Shown one piece after another: positions 1 to 12,529 of a stretch of DNA of 64,000 nt. The position numbers and the translations under genes are program-made. The stretch spans positions 48,424,001-48,488,000 of the forward strand of contig NC_045696.1 of assembly GCF_009834535.1 (NCBI RefSeq). Direction: 5' to 3'. The DNA comes from Camelus ferus (lineage: Eukaryota). The notes under the pieces were generated by a model. The model worked only from the letters and a program-made list of their open reading frames with translations. It was not told the DNA's origin and did not search any database. Position 1 is the stretch's first letter. Each line of letters begins with the position of its first letter.

Positions 1-344
1 TCATCTACAGTGACAAAGAGTTCTTCAGCATATGCCCCAATCTCTCTTCACACCCCAGGATAGTGTAGAGGACGAAACATCAACATATTAGTATCAGTAA
101 ACCATATTGTGATGAGATGAACTACTAACAATAGATTTCCTATATTATAACATTCAAAAGTGCATCCTTTATAATTAAAAATATATAAGAGCATCATAAT
201 CATCACCATCATTTGTTAGCAAAATGAGAAAAGTATTCTTTGTTTAGCAGCCTGGAAGCTTGAATTTTCTATTATCCTAAAACATATTTTTTTAATGCAG
301 TGAAATTTATTGAGAAGGGTCTGTTTTAGGACGCCCAGTACCAG

Positions 345-540
345 GGGTTCTAGTCTTGACTACTACTTCCCTATCTCCTAAAAAGATACTTAATTTTGAA
401 TAAATAACTAATATCTTAGTTTCTTTATTTGAAGAATGGGGGAAATAAAATTATACAAACAACTCAAGGGGTCGTTGGAAAGGACCACATATATAGTGCT
501 CTGAGATGCTCTGTAAAAACTAATAATAAATGTTTGCATA
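345..540 (+). mobile_element. MIR SINE relic
   Basis: Degenerate MIR core (ggttctagtc...cttagtttctttatttgaagaatgggg); boundaries approximate. Confidence 0.5.
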
Positions 541-999
541 TTTATATAGTTGTTGCTGAGATTAGACAGTAATATTCTATTATTTTTAATTTGGGTAATA
601 TTTTAAATGCAATGAATGCATTCTTTATTATAAACATCATTCTGTGGTCAGCATCTGAAACAGTCTGTGTCTTTTCTCTCTTAATCCCTAGCACCAAGAA
701 CAGTGTATAGTATATACCATGTTTGTTTTTTTTAAGTTGCTGTTTGAATAAGTTTTAAAATGTGTGATATAGTGTGTTAGATTATTCCTGGAGTTGGGAG
801 CAGAAAGGGTAGAGTTAAACCCTAGATTTTTTGCTTATGGCTCAATGACTTTGAGAAGAATCTTAAACTCTCTGAAATCTTCATTGTCCTCAATCTATAT
901 TTTAAGAACACTGGGGAAAATTTAACAGAAACTATTGATTCTTTTCTCTTAAAATACACACAACTGCGTGAAATTTAGATAGGCACATTGATTCAATGA

Positions 1000-1560
1000 A
1001 TTAACTTCATTAACTCATTTTATATAAATACCTCTTTCTTTATTTACATGATAAATATATATCAAGCACCTACTGTGTGGCCAGAACTCTGGTGGGCAAT
1101 GGATTACAGCCACAAAAAGTAAAGACATGCTTTATGCTTTTATGATGTTTATAATTTGTGGAGGGTAAATAACCACTAATGGCTAATAAATAAGAATTGT
1201 CATGAGGGATAGGAACATAGATTTCTGAGAGTTCTGAAAAATTGATGATCAGGAAAGATTTCCCTGAGAACATAAAAACTGAACTGAAGTTTGAGAATTG
1301 AGTAAAAGTTAATAGGCAAGAGTGATAACGAGAAAAAAAAGTCATCAAGGGGGAGGGAATAACATGTGCAGAGGCTTTGTGTCAAGAGAGTGCATGATCT
1401 GCAGAGGAAATTTTAAGACTACTTGTCTGGAGAGCAGAAAGCAAGGAGGAGAAGACCATGTGATGAGGGTGGGGAGGCAAGAATGTCCTTGTTAGATGCA
1501 TTAGGGTTTTCAGTCTCTATCCTAAGGAGAACTGGAAGAAAATTCCTCAAGTTTTTCCTC
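1000..1560 (-). mobile_element. L2 LINE 3' fragment
   Basis: tatcaagcacctactgtgtggccag followed by the typical L2 antisense purine-rich body (atcaggaaagatttccctgag; agagggaataacatgtgcagaggc-like). Confidence 0.65.
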
Positions 1561-2274
1561 ATGTCAAATTTACATAGTAAATGAGATTTTAAAAAAAAAT
1601 TAATGATGCTCTCTGAGACACTCAAAAAAATTATGTCTTTTTCCCTTACAAAATATTTCCTATGCTGTTTTCAACATCTTTCATGATGGTAGTATTTGAA
1701 ACCAAGTTTATCCAAATGATTATTATTATATGAGCTTTTTACAAACTCCAAAATAGAAAGAAAACATTTTTCCTTTCTAGAATAGTAACTTTCAAACCAG
1801 TTACTAAGGGAAAATAGATTAACAATTTAAAAAATTAATAATATAACTTTGGTCCAGAACTCATCTCTTCCGCCACTTTCTTCTTATTTTTTGTCACTGT
1901 GATTTCCTTTTCCATAAATCTACTAGAGAAATGTGTACAAATGTAATCGTAATATAAAAATATTCACTAATTAAACCATCACTTATTTAATTAGTCCCCA
2001 CTCAAACATCCCTCTTAGTTTAACATAACATTTAGCTTAACCCATTACACCAATTAATTTGTTAACATCTGAATAAATTTCTTGCTAATGTGCATACACA
2101 CATATCTATCATTATCATCTACCTATCTGCCTTGAAAACCAAAATATTATTTAAAATGCAAGTCAATTGCAAATTTAAACTGTAAAACTTGCAATTGATG
2201 CATGATGTCAAGAACTCCAATGAAATGATACTAGGAATATTCTGATGTCTTGGACAAAGTATTATCAAATAAAG

Positions 2275-2515
2275 ATTGTAATAGCAGTTTACACTTATTG
2301 AGCACTTACTATGTGTAAGACACTGTTCCAAGGTATACACTTGTTTAGTCCTCTTAAACTTATGAAGGAGGTTTTTAAATTATCTTCCTTTTTAGTTGGG
2401 GAAAGAATTCACGCAGAGATCAGTAACTTGTCTCTGCAACTTAGCTGAAAGGTAGTAAGTTAGGCAGGCATCAAATGCAGGCAGTCTGAACCAGAGCACA
2501 AAGCACTCTGCTGTC
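2275..2515 (-). mobile_element. MIR SINE
   Basis: cacttattgagcacttactatgtg...agtaacttgtc...caggcagtctgaaccagagc resembles reverse MIR. Confidence 0.7.
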
Positions 2516-5500
2516 TCTTGGATTGACAACATGAAACCAGAGTAAAGTAAAAGAATAATGAGGTGGTTGATATTTCAAACAGGATGATGTGAATATAAAA
2601 GGATTAGAGGAAGCTATTGGGAAAACAGGTAAATTAAATCCTTGAATGATTTGCAGACATGACTATTTTTATTATTGTGTTTTAAAAGTTAAAATTTAAA
2701 AATATTACACTGGGCTAATATGAAATTTGACTGGAGTAATCACATATAAACAATTCATGATTTCTAAAAATGAATGTACAACCTACTTTCTGTTAAATAT
2801 ATAACAAGTATATGATGCTCTTTTTAAAATAAAATGTAGTAAGATTTTGAAGTCCTAATTAAAACATTTTTTAACAATTTGCCAAGAAATGTTGGTCTGC
2901 ATTTGCTGTGAATACTTTGGTTTGGCTTGCCTTTGTATGTCTGGTCATCCACTTTCTTAGTTTAGCTCCTCACTGCATGAAATATTTGTGGAATGCAGTG
3001 CACTGCCTCCCTCTGGAGTAATCTATAGAACAACATTCCTTTTCCTATCACTGGCAGCCCAGACACACATTCAGGCTCAGCTAATCATTCACTCCTTCCT
3101 GGGACTTTGAATTTTGAGGGAGTCATGTGAAATACAGGTATGGTTGAGAAAAATATTTACTTTGATGGGGGTGGCTGCGGAGAGACGGTAGCAGGAATCT
3201 GGCAGCCGCACTGGTGGCTGTTACTGATGATGATACAGGGCAAAGCAGTGACGGTGTCTGACCTGGCTGTTCCCGTGGGATGAACTTGGTGGTGGTTTTG
3301 TGGCTCCGTCCCTTTCCCTTGGTTTTTGTCCATTTTAAAAGCCTTCGTAGCTTCCAAGAAACATCCACCAGGTGGATTAAGATGTGGAAAAGATTTGATA
3401 GGAGGAAATGCCTGAAGAGGATGAAGAAGGGGGAGGAAGCAGCAATAAACCTGAAGTAGGAAAGCCTTCAGACCTTGATGCAGGTCTGACACACATGAAA
3501 GGAGAAAAAAAAAAAAGAGCCTTCAGACTGCAATGCCTGTCTGGTATCTGTGAAGGAAAAGCAGAAGAAGGAAGAGCTGAAAACTGCAGAATAGTTCCAG
3601 AGGTTCAGCCAATTGACAAGGAATCCTTGAGTCAGGTTCTTGTTAAAAGAATTCTATGTCTCATAGAAATGGGTCTGCATTAGTACTCCAAACTGTGCTT
3701 AGAACTTGGCTAAGATCAAGAAGGGAAAGTAGAAGCCCCGAGAAGCTCATTTTTATGGCTACCGTGTTCACCCCTTGCTCTGAACAAAACAGATCTATTT
3801 CTTCATGCCAGTTTGGAGAAGAGCTTCTTCATAGTTTCTTTGGGCTTTTATTTCTGAGGGATGATATCAAAGAGGGAGGTTAGTGGGAAGAACTATAGCT
3901 CATGTTTCTTAGTTGGTCTCAGGGATTCAGTTGATACGTAGCCTCTCCTTGCTGATCTCCATTCCTCTCACCTTCAGCTGTCACCTGGGCATGTCATGGA
4001 GACTTACCTGGTAGTGTGATCCAAACTTTCATTCTTCAGGGGCCTGAGCCCTAGGCAGTCATACCCTTTTCAAGCTGGGGCTGTTACACATGCTTATTCA
4101 CAATCAGCAGTGGGCAAAACACTACCAGGAGATGCCCAAGAGGGTGACCAGGATCTGTATATATTCCTTCATCACTAAATTGTGTGAAAGCATCCCTGCC
4201 TCCTCTGACTGATGGTGTTTAATTACTCCTGTCCGAATGGTGACTGCTTTTCTTGGTCCAAGTACACAAAGAGCCTCAAAAAACCTTGTGGCAGACTTAG
4301 TTGGTCCTGCTCCCCATCTTCCATAGCCATTATACCCTAGAATTCCAGACACAAATTCTTTCTCTATCAGGAACAGACCCATGCTTTCAAACCTGAATGC
4401 CAAAACACTTGACTCAGTCAGTTCTTCCCCATTTATTAGTTGTTTTAGTGGGGTGACTTATTCCTGCAGTTTCATACTTTTTCATCTTTTGTATATCCTA
4501 TACGGTCTATGTACCATGTGTCTTTGAAATGGCTTTTTTATATAATTTGTAAATTCAGCATTCTACAGGTGTTATAATTAGATCATTGGAGACCAAGACA
4601 TCCAACCTACCATTGACTATTCAGTCAACTGCTACACTTTGGGGACCAGGACATCCAACCATGCTGACCCTAGAAGTGTGGGGATGAGAAGTCCAAAATC
4701 TCCTAGTGGATCATTGGGAGTGATAGCCAGTGGAGTCACTTTTCCTTCTGCCCTTTGGTTCCTAGAACCATTTAATCTTCCCTTTGGAGTCACAGCACCA
4801 TATAGAGAGCTTCAATTTAATGAATGCATTTTACCCTAAAGGATGGCAGTCAAATCTTTCAGAGTATTTTCTTCAAACTTTTTTTTTTTAAGATATGCCC
4901 TGAAGATCATTTCGGTGCTCTTTAAGGCCAGATGCCTCTAAATGATATGGTATGTGATATCACTTAGGATAATGATGGGTCCACTGATGTACCTTCTTCT
5001 TTGTGAATTATTGTGTGGGATTTCAGACCCGTGGATCAAGCATTAGGTAACTCTGTGAAGAGTGGTGTAGACTGAGGTTCTGAGAGCAGGAAAGGCAAAT
5101 TCATGCCTGGAATAGATATCTATCCCTGTGTCAATGTACTATTAGCCTTTAAAGGGTAGAAATACAATTGACCTGCCACCAAGTGTCTGGTCTGTCTTGG
5201 AAATGAATAGGGTTATTCGAGGGGCTTAGTGTCAGCCATTGCTTTCTCCAGGTTTCTAAGAACCACCCTAATAGCAGCTTTGCCATATCCTCTGTGTTTC
5301 TTGCCAAGGAGTTAAATTTCATGTCCTGAGAAACCATTTCCAAATCAACAGATGCTTGAAAATCCAGTGTTATATTATATTCCAACTCTTTGATCAAGCA
5401 CCCTCAAAATCAACCCTAGAGGTACTTCTGCTGGCATGTGCTAATTCTTGCATATATTTCCTTACCTATTAGGTTTATTACATCCCCAGCCAGGTTTTGT

Positions 5501-5869
5501 CAGGATTTATCCCTGTCATCTAGGAGATAAGGAGAGTGCAGCTCCTGGGAAAGTCACTTATTGTTCTGTTGGGGAGATACCTTTGCCGTGTCTTCTAGAA
5601 CTGGGAATATGCTAGCTCTTATTAGGGACGAGTGGACCACATCTGAAAGATCTAACAGTCCTGGGGAGTCTACGGACCAACATCTCAGGAGAATACAACC
5701 AGATGTCCTCATTCTAAATTTCAGAGTCCTAAGATTTTTCTCAACTAACATCTTGACCTTAGCATGATAGACCTTGCTTTGACCATTTAAATGTCTCTGG
5801 ATCTTTGAGAGTCTATCAGATTCTTAGTCTGCTTTTTAGCTGTGTCAGCACTTACACTGAGGGACATAA

Positions 5870-6425
5870 TGTTATTGGGGAGCAGGTTCTTGTCTCATCA
5901 CAGAAATAATTTAGAAATGAGACATGGAGGTCAAGAAAGCAAAGCAAGAACTTCTTAAGGAATAGATAATATGCTCTCGAGGGAGTAGTGGGCAGACCCA
6001 GGTGGATAGCTTCCCTGAGTTTCTTTGGCAAGCTGGTTACATGGGGTGTAAAAATGAATGAGCAGACTGTTAATCGGTGGGGAGGGATTTGGGTCGTCTT
6101 TCCCAGTCTTCATCTCAGTTGCACCTTCTTGAGGGGAGGAGGGAGTTTGTTGTCCTTATTTAGTCTTGATTAGGAAGTTGGATGAGGGCACAGTGAGAGA
6201 AAAGTTACATTCAGATGCTGGAGATTCCTCTCTTGTCCCACCTTTCTTTCTCTGCCTTCAGGACACTTGTCAACCCAAAATGTAAGGTTTCTTACCAGTC
6301 CAGAGGTTCCTTCTTTTTTTGGTCTGCCCAAGGACTCCATGTTATTCACAAGATGTCTGGTTTCCTGACATTTGGCCCATGCCCCCCTTTCTCTGCTCAT
6401 ATCTAGTTACTTGCCTGCTTTAACA
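5870..6425 (-). mobile_element. ERV1-type solo LTR (556 bp)
   Basis: Starts TGTTA and ends TAACA (inverted termini); exact 4-bp TSD ATAA at 5866-5869 and 6426-6429. Confidence 0.85.
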
Positions 6426-6565
6426 ATAAGGTCTCTTTAAAATCTACCGAGAGGCCCTGTGGCTCTCACATGCTGCCTTAACAGTTAGCTCACAGCTATA
6501 TCATCCCTCTGGGAAACAACACAACTTAGCAGTAACCAGCCAACTCCATTGTCCCTGCAGGATTT

Positions 6566-7000
6566 TGTGTTTGTTAGTCCATGTCCTCTGAGAAGCAGAT
6601 AGCAAGATGGGATTAAATGTGCAAGAGTTTTATTAGGGAAATGGGAGAGAAAGTGGAGAAAGAGTCAGGGAAGGGTGGGGTGGTTCTGAGATGACAATGG
6701 GTGGAGCTAAGAGAGAAGGAAGGTGGGTGAAAATTTCCTGGCAACTATGGATTCTAAGGAGACTTTGGTATGGCCAACAGAGTTCTCCAGTTAAAATGGC
6801 CTATTAGAGCATTCCTGTGTCTCCCAGGAGCAGGCCTGCTTTGTAACCCCTACAAGTGCTTAGGCATTGGCTAGGAGCAGCCTATAGTCAGCATGGCTTT
6901 GAGCTAAATGTGTGTACTCAGTACACAGAAGCTGGAGTTCTTGGTCAGTTGAGTTCCTTGTAGTTAAAGCTCTGCAAGGTGTATTTTTAGAGCAACTACA
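6566..7000 (-). mobile_element. LTR16-like solo LTR nested in the ERVL leader/gag region
   Basis: tgtg...gtcctctgagaagcaga...agatgggattaaatgtgcaagagttttatt closely resembles the LTR starting at ~7153. Confidence 0.65.
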
Positions 7001-7626
7001 ACATCATTGCACTCCTAATTTTCAAATACCTTCAAGGGCATTCCCTCCAATAGATACCTTTCATCGATTTGTCTTCCAAGTGGTGAATGAGACAGTTCCA
7101 AACCCCATCTCACTGCCTGTCTTCTGTCTTCTTGATCATTCCTGACACCGCTTGTGTTCATTCAGGTCCTCTGAGAAGCAGGCATCAAGATGAGATGATA
7201 TGTACAAGGTATTTATTGGAGGAACACCTGAAAAGTGTAAAGGGTACCTATGAAGACTAGGAAGGGCCTTGAAGCCATGCTGCTAGTCTGACACCTGTGA
7301 AGGGGAGCAGGAAGAAAGGAAGATGGTGTAGGAAGATTCATAGACTGCAGCACAATTCTTGGACGTTCCAGCCAGATTGATGGAGTGTACTTGAGCCAAG
7401 GTCACCCATGAAAAGAGTCCCGCATCTCACAGAAATGAGCCTGTATTTGTAGCCGTACCATGATTTTTCCTTGGTTGGGAGCAGCCTGTGGGACTGTAAT
7501 CTCAGAGTAAATATGGGAATGGATTTAGAATAGGAACAGCTGGCCATCGGCCGCTCTAGGCACCGTGTTCTCTGCAGCAGTAGGGCCTTTTCACTCTTTA
7601 CCTTTTTGACCAACTACTTAATACCC

Positions 7627-8092
7627 TGTGTTAGTTTCCTACAGCTGTCACAGCAAAGTACCACAAGCTGGGTGTCTTAAAAACAGCCGAAATGTGTTCG
7701 TTCACAGTTCTGGGTGCTAGAAGTCTGAACTCAAGGTATCAGCAGGGTCGATTTCTTCTGGAGGCTCTGAGGGAGAAACCGTCCTGCGCCTTTCTCCTGG
7801 TTTCTGGAGGTGCCCAGCCGTCCTTACCATTTCCTGGCCTGTGGACACAGGAATCCAATCTCTGCTTCTGTCTTCACATGACCTTCTGCTTCTGGTTCTT
7901 CACATCATTTCCCTTCTGTGTATATATTTGTATTCAGACTTCTTTCTTCTTATAAGGACATCAGATCAAGGCCCAACCCAGAATAGCATCTAAGGTTGAT
8001 TATATGTGTAGAGACCCTATTTTCAAGTAAGGTCACATTCGAAGGTTCTCGGTGGACGTGAATTTTGGTGGGACACTATTCAAGCCAGTATA
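7627..8092 (-). mobile_element. MLT1 (ERVL-MaLR) solo LTR
   Basis: tgtgttagtttcct...accacaagctgggtg...cacagttctgg...ggacactattcaa; flanks taccc/ttccc match 4 of 5 bases as a TSD. Confidence 0.85.
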
Positions 8093-8324
8093 TTCCCCCT
8101 TCTCCCTTCTGGCTTAGCTAGGGCCCGGTCTTTCTTCAGATTGAGGCTAATTGTCACTTCAATGACTGAGTCCATTTTCTCTATTTATTTGGTTCCATGA
8201 TGTCATATCCTCTTTGTAGAAGATCTCAGGACAATATATTTATGTATGTGATTTTCTTTCCCAATGTCCATCTTTCCATGCTCAGCTGTATGTGTAAAGG
8301 ACACAAAGAATTTATATCTATGTC

Positions 8325-9209
8325 TATATATCACATCTTTATCCAGTTGGAGATGCCTGAATGTTTTCAGATTAGAATTTCCTCCAGATATACGCCCAGG
8401 AGTGGGATTGCTGAATCATAGGGAAAGTCTATTTTCAGTTTTGTAAAGAATCTTCGTACTGTTTTCCATAATGGCTGCACCAAACTATATTCCCACCAAC
8501 AATCTAAGAGGGCTCCCTTTTTTCCCATACCTTCTCCAGCATTTATTGTTTGTGGACTTCTGAATGATGGCCATTCTGACTGTTGTAACGTGATACCTCA
8601 TTGTAGTTTTGATTGGCATTTCTCTAATAATTAGCCATATTGAGCATTTTTTCATATGCCTATTGGCCATTTGTATATCTTCACTGAAGAAATGTTAAAG
8701 TTTCTGCCCACTTTGGATTGGGTTATTTGGGCTTTTTGTTGTTATTGAGTTTTATGAACTGTTTGTATATTCTGGAACTAAACCCACACACCTGTGGTCA
8801 ATGAATCTTCAACAAAGCTGCCAAGAATATACAATTGTTGAAAAGATAGTCTCTTCTACATGTGGTGTTGGGAAAGCTGGACAGCTGCATGTAAATCATT
8901 GAAATTAGAACACTCCCTCATATCATACACAAAAATAAACTCAAAATGGCTTAAAGACTTAAACATAAGACAAGACACCACAGACCTCCTTGAAGAGAAC
9001 ATAGACAAAGCATTCTCTGATATACACCGTAGCAATGTTCTCCTAGGGCAGTCTACCACAGCAATAGAAATAAAAGCAAAAATAAGCAAATGGGACCTAA
9101 TTAAACTTATAAGCTTTTGCACAGCAAAGGAAACCATAAGTAAAATAAAAAGACAACCTACAGATTGGGAGAAAATATTTGCAAAGGATACAACTGTGAC
9201 AAGGCTTAG
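8325..9209 (-). mobile_element. Truncated L1 with internal inversion
   Basis: ORF2 C-terminal peptides on minus ([22 protein letters not shown], 8485-8670) and plus (WCWESW...PTDWEKIFA, 8860-9219); strand switch at ~8779-8785. Confidence 0.9.
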
Positions 9210-9262
9210 CTTCTTGTAGCCATTAGCCATTTACTCAGGAGCACAGAGACCTTGGTTTTGAT

Positions 9263-9264
<2 letters not shown>

Positions 9265-9350
<86 letters not shown>

Positions 9351-9352
9351 AC
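9265..9352. repeat. (TC)n(AC)n compound microsatellite
   Basis: Directly visible. Confidence 0.98.
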
Positions 9353-9379
9353 TCTCATACAGCATGGATTAACTGTACA

Positions 9380-10760
9380 TATGATGTTTAGACGATCCAG
9401 GAAGGAATAACATGAAGAGGTAAGGAATTCCCAAAGACTTAAAGTCAAATGCTGAGCTACTGGTGTATCATGGATTTTTACACCTTGAGCACAAAAGCAA
9501 TTAGTACCCTTGATGTTATCACAAAGGACAGTTGTTCCCAAACCAAGTGGAAATAAAGCCTCGGCAGAAATGGTCTCCTCAGAAATGGCTGCCACTAATT
9601 TAAGGTCTTATCTAGCTTATGATGTGCTGATTTTGTTGTGTTAGCAGAAAAAAAAATAGATACAAAACAAGGAACAAATACTTCCATGGAAGTCCACTGA
9701 AATTATAACTAATGAGTAGACCCTGTAGATTATTGCTTAAAGAGATGATGAAATATATAATTTTTTTGGCAAGAGGTTTTTAATCCAAATATTATCTAAG
9801 AGGCACACTAATACAGAAAAATAGCTATGATGAGGTGATCAGAGGCTTAATCAGCTGTCTTTCTAACATTCTTTTCTATTCTATTCAAAAGAGGTAAGGG
9901 CAATATAATTTTCAATTTTCATACTTAGAATGCTGATGGAAGGATCAATCATACTTTTTTGCTCCTATCCCTAAGTTAACAGAGAAGAAGGATGGAAAAT
10001 GGTTATAGCATTGTAATTCTTAGTAACCTTGCTAGTAAAAAAACAAATTACTCCTAAAAAGGAAAAAAAATGAGGTAGAAAAGTATAAGAAAGATAGCTT
10101 TAAATCATAACTCTTCCTTAGGAAGACATAGCTAGTACAAACCCTTTTTCATGTAGGTGTAGAGAGATAAATATGACATGTGAATGTACCTGTCTTCCAT
10201 GGAAAAGTGTATTTATGAATCCAAGAATGGAGATTGACTAAAATATCTTAACCAGTCTACTCTTTCAGGGAACTATCAATTTCAAAAGCCAGAGACCTCA
10301 AGACATAGAGGCTCAGGATTAAATTAATGGAAAGTACATAAAAATCCCTCATTTTCTTAAGATGCCACACTAACACGACTATCTTGTATATTTTCTGAAG
10401 AAATAGGATTGTATAATGTGCTGGCCTCTTAGCAGTTTAACACTCTTCCTAAAATCCTTGAAAAAATTAGAATAATATCAAGAGGAAAACAACACAGAAT
10501 TCACCCAGAGCTGCAGCAGACCTGCTTTACTGAAGCTGATAATGTTCAGCATGAATAGACTTTAGATGCTGTTTTACCAGACTTCTCACAGCACATTTTT
10601 AAATAACTAAACTGTTCATTCTTTGAAAATTAGTAAGACAAGTGGACTAAATATCACAATCATTGAATTTTATCACCTTCGATCAGTTTTTATTGGAAGT
10701 TCTAGGTGACACCTCTTCCGTCTTGTCCAAAAGCCATTGTTAACAAACCCATGCATGTTT
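9380..10760 (+). mobile_element. Ancient CR1/L3-type LINE ORF2 fossil
   Basis: Collinear degenerate motifs across frameshifts: KSQRPQDI 10284 (~KSPGPDGI), PKILEKI 10448, QH..FT 10490 (~QHGF), LDAVLPDFSQ 10562 (~VDAVYLDFSKAF). The 5' boundary is weakly supported. Confidence 0.55.
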
Positions 10761-11629
10761 CTCTCCAGGATTATGGACCTCTGTAGAGAAATATTATTCT
10801 CAAGAAATCATTTCCTGTTTAAGAAAGATGTCTCAAAAAATCACTCTCTTGTGTACCAAATTATGATTATTTCTCTTTTGCCTTTGAGTGTATTTGTATG
10901 GGCAATCTTTCCAATATTGCTATTTTTTAGTTTTCAGTCCCTTGAACTTAAGAATGTTACAAATTATACACAACATCACCTGTCTAGCCTATGGTTTATT
11001 TGTGGTTTATTCATATGATGCCCAGAAGCTCTAAGGGAATAATGGCTTATTATTTCTCTTGTCTCCTGAGGTGTCCTCAGTTCTTCATCATTGATCACTA
11101 ACTGCCTGCCAGACACTTGGCTTATTGCCACTTCTGCATCATGCAAATGTTCATTACTTAACCTGTGGAAATGTTTGGATTACTTCAGTAGTTAAATTAT
11201 TCTGTACTATTTCATCTTAAGAAATGATGGAGAAAAAATTTTGAGATAGAAATAATTTAATACCTCAGAACAATCACTTATCACCTAAAATGAGGTACAG
11301 GACATTTTAGTTTTAAAAATCATTTTTTAAAATTCCTTGGAAATTAGAAACAGGTGTAATCTGAATCAAGCCAATTTAGTTAATTAACTACAGCATTTTC
11401 TGACACAAATGCTAGCTATAAACAAGTCTTACGATTCAAGTCACATGTTATAATCTATAGTAAGAAGAAGCATTTATGAAATTAACTGGCTGCATGAAGA
11501 ATACCTCTGCAGCCTCACAAAGATTTTTAAAATTCCATTTAATTATTAATGGACTTAAAACATTTAAAAAAGTGAAATTCAGTACCTAATTGTAGTCACA
11601 GGTTCATGGATACATCCTAGAATTTTCAA

Positions 11630-12150
11630 ACAATGACTAAGCACTTCCTATGTGCTATGAACTGTTATAAGAGCTGATGATTCAGCAGTACAGAGGATAC
11701 ACATAGTTGTTATTCTCAAGAGCTTACAGTCTAGGAAGGAAACACAGAATATATAAGAAAATAACTGGATAAGGACATTTCAGAGATTGGTAAATATTAT
11801 TAACTAATTAATTAATTCAACAAAGATGTATTGAGTTTTAAACATGCACTAGGTTCTAGATGCTAGTGATATAGCTGTGAACAAAAAAGTCCAACTCTAT
11901 TCTCAAGAAGTTTTTGCTTAGTGAGAGATGCAGATGATAATCATAGCTCTGTGTGTTACTATAGATAGTAATGAGTATTTTTAAAATAAAAATAGGAAGT
12001 TGTGATTGAGAGACTGAAGAAGAGTAGGAGAGGGTTACTTTAGCTATATGGTGGCCAAAAAGGGTGAAATTTGATGTGAGACATGCTGAGAGTGAGGCAG
12101 AGAGCCTTGGGAGTATCTGAAAGAGAAGAATTTTTGTCAAGTACAAAGAA
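11630..12150 (-). mobile_element. Two L2 3'-end fragments
   Basis: actaagcacttcctatgtgc and attcaacaaagatgtattgag starts; ctcaagagcttacagtctag. Confidence 0.7.
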
Positions 12151-12529
12151 ATCTATATTTCATATGATCTATTTTTCAACATTAAGAATTCAGATGATTC
12201 AACCAGTAGAGGTTATCTTCACCACCAATTTATTGGAAAACTAATTTTGTTGAAAATTTTTGTAACAGAATGTAAAAATAGACATCTTCTCTAACTTTCA
12301 TTCTGAGGAGTCCATGGTGTGTATGGTATATCAGATATCAAGCTGGGCATGAAACTAATCTCCGTATGATATTTTATCTAATACAAAAGAGCTAGCTCTA
12401 TGGCTTTTCAGTCACTTTGAGATGGTGAAAGTTTCTTGAGAGGGGAGAGCATGTGTGAAATCTTCCTGAGAAAGGAAGAGCTGTTATTCTTCCATGGGGC
12501 CTCTTCAATTTCCTGGGAAAGTGTTTTTT

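Larger units (their letters stand above)
3360..7620 (-). mobile_element. Old ERVL (LTR16/ERV3-16-like) provirus remnant with nested LTRs
   Basis: Related LTRs at ~3360-3800 and ~7153-7620 share gcaggtctgacac/gctagtctgacacctgtgaa and cttcagactgca/catagactgca blocks. PBS/leader-like tcattcctgacacc abuts the right LTR. The degenerate internal sequence resembles the one at 53740-54320 and 61690-63320. Confidence 0.6.

Noticed and set aside
9206..9595. 129-aa ORF with VC/ER repeats (similar cases at 20717-20998 and 46285-46509)
   Set aside because: Translation of microsatellites
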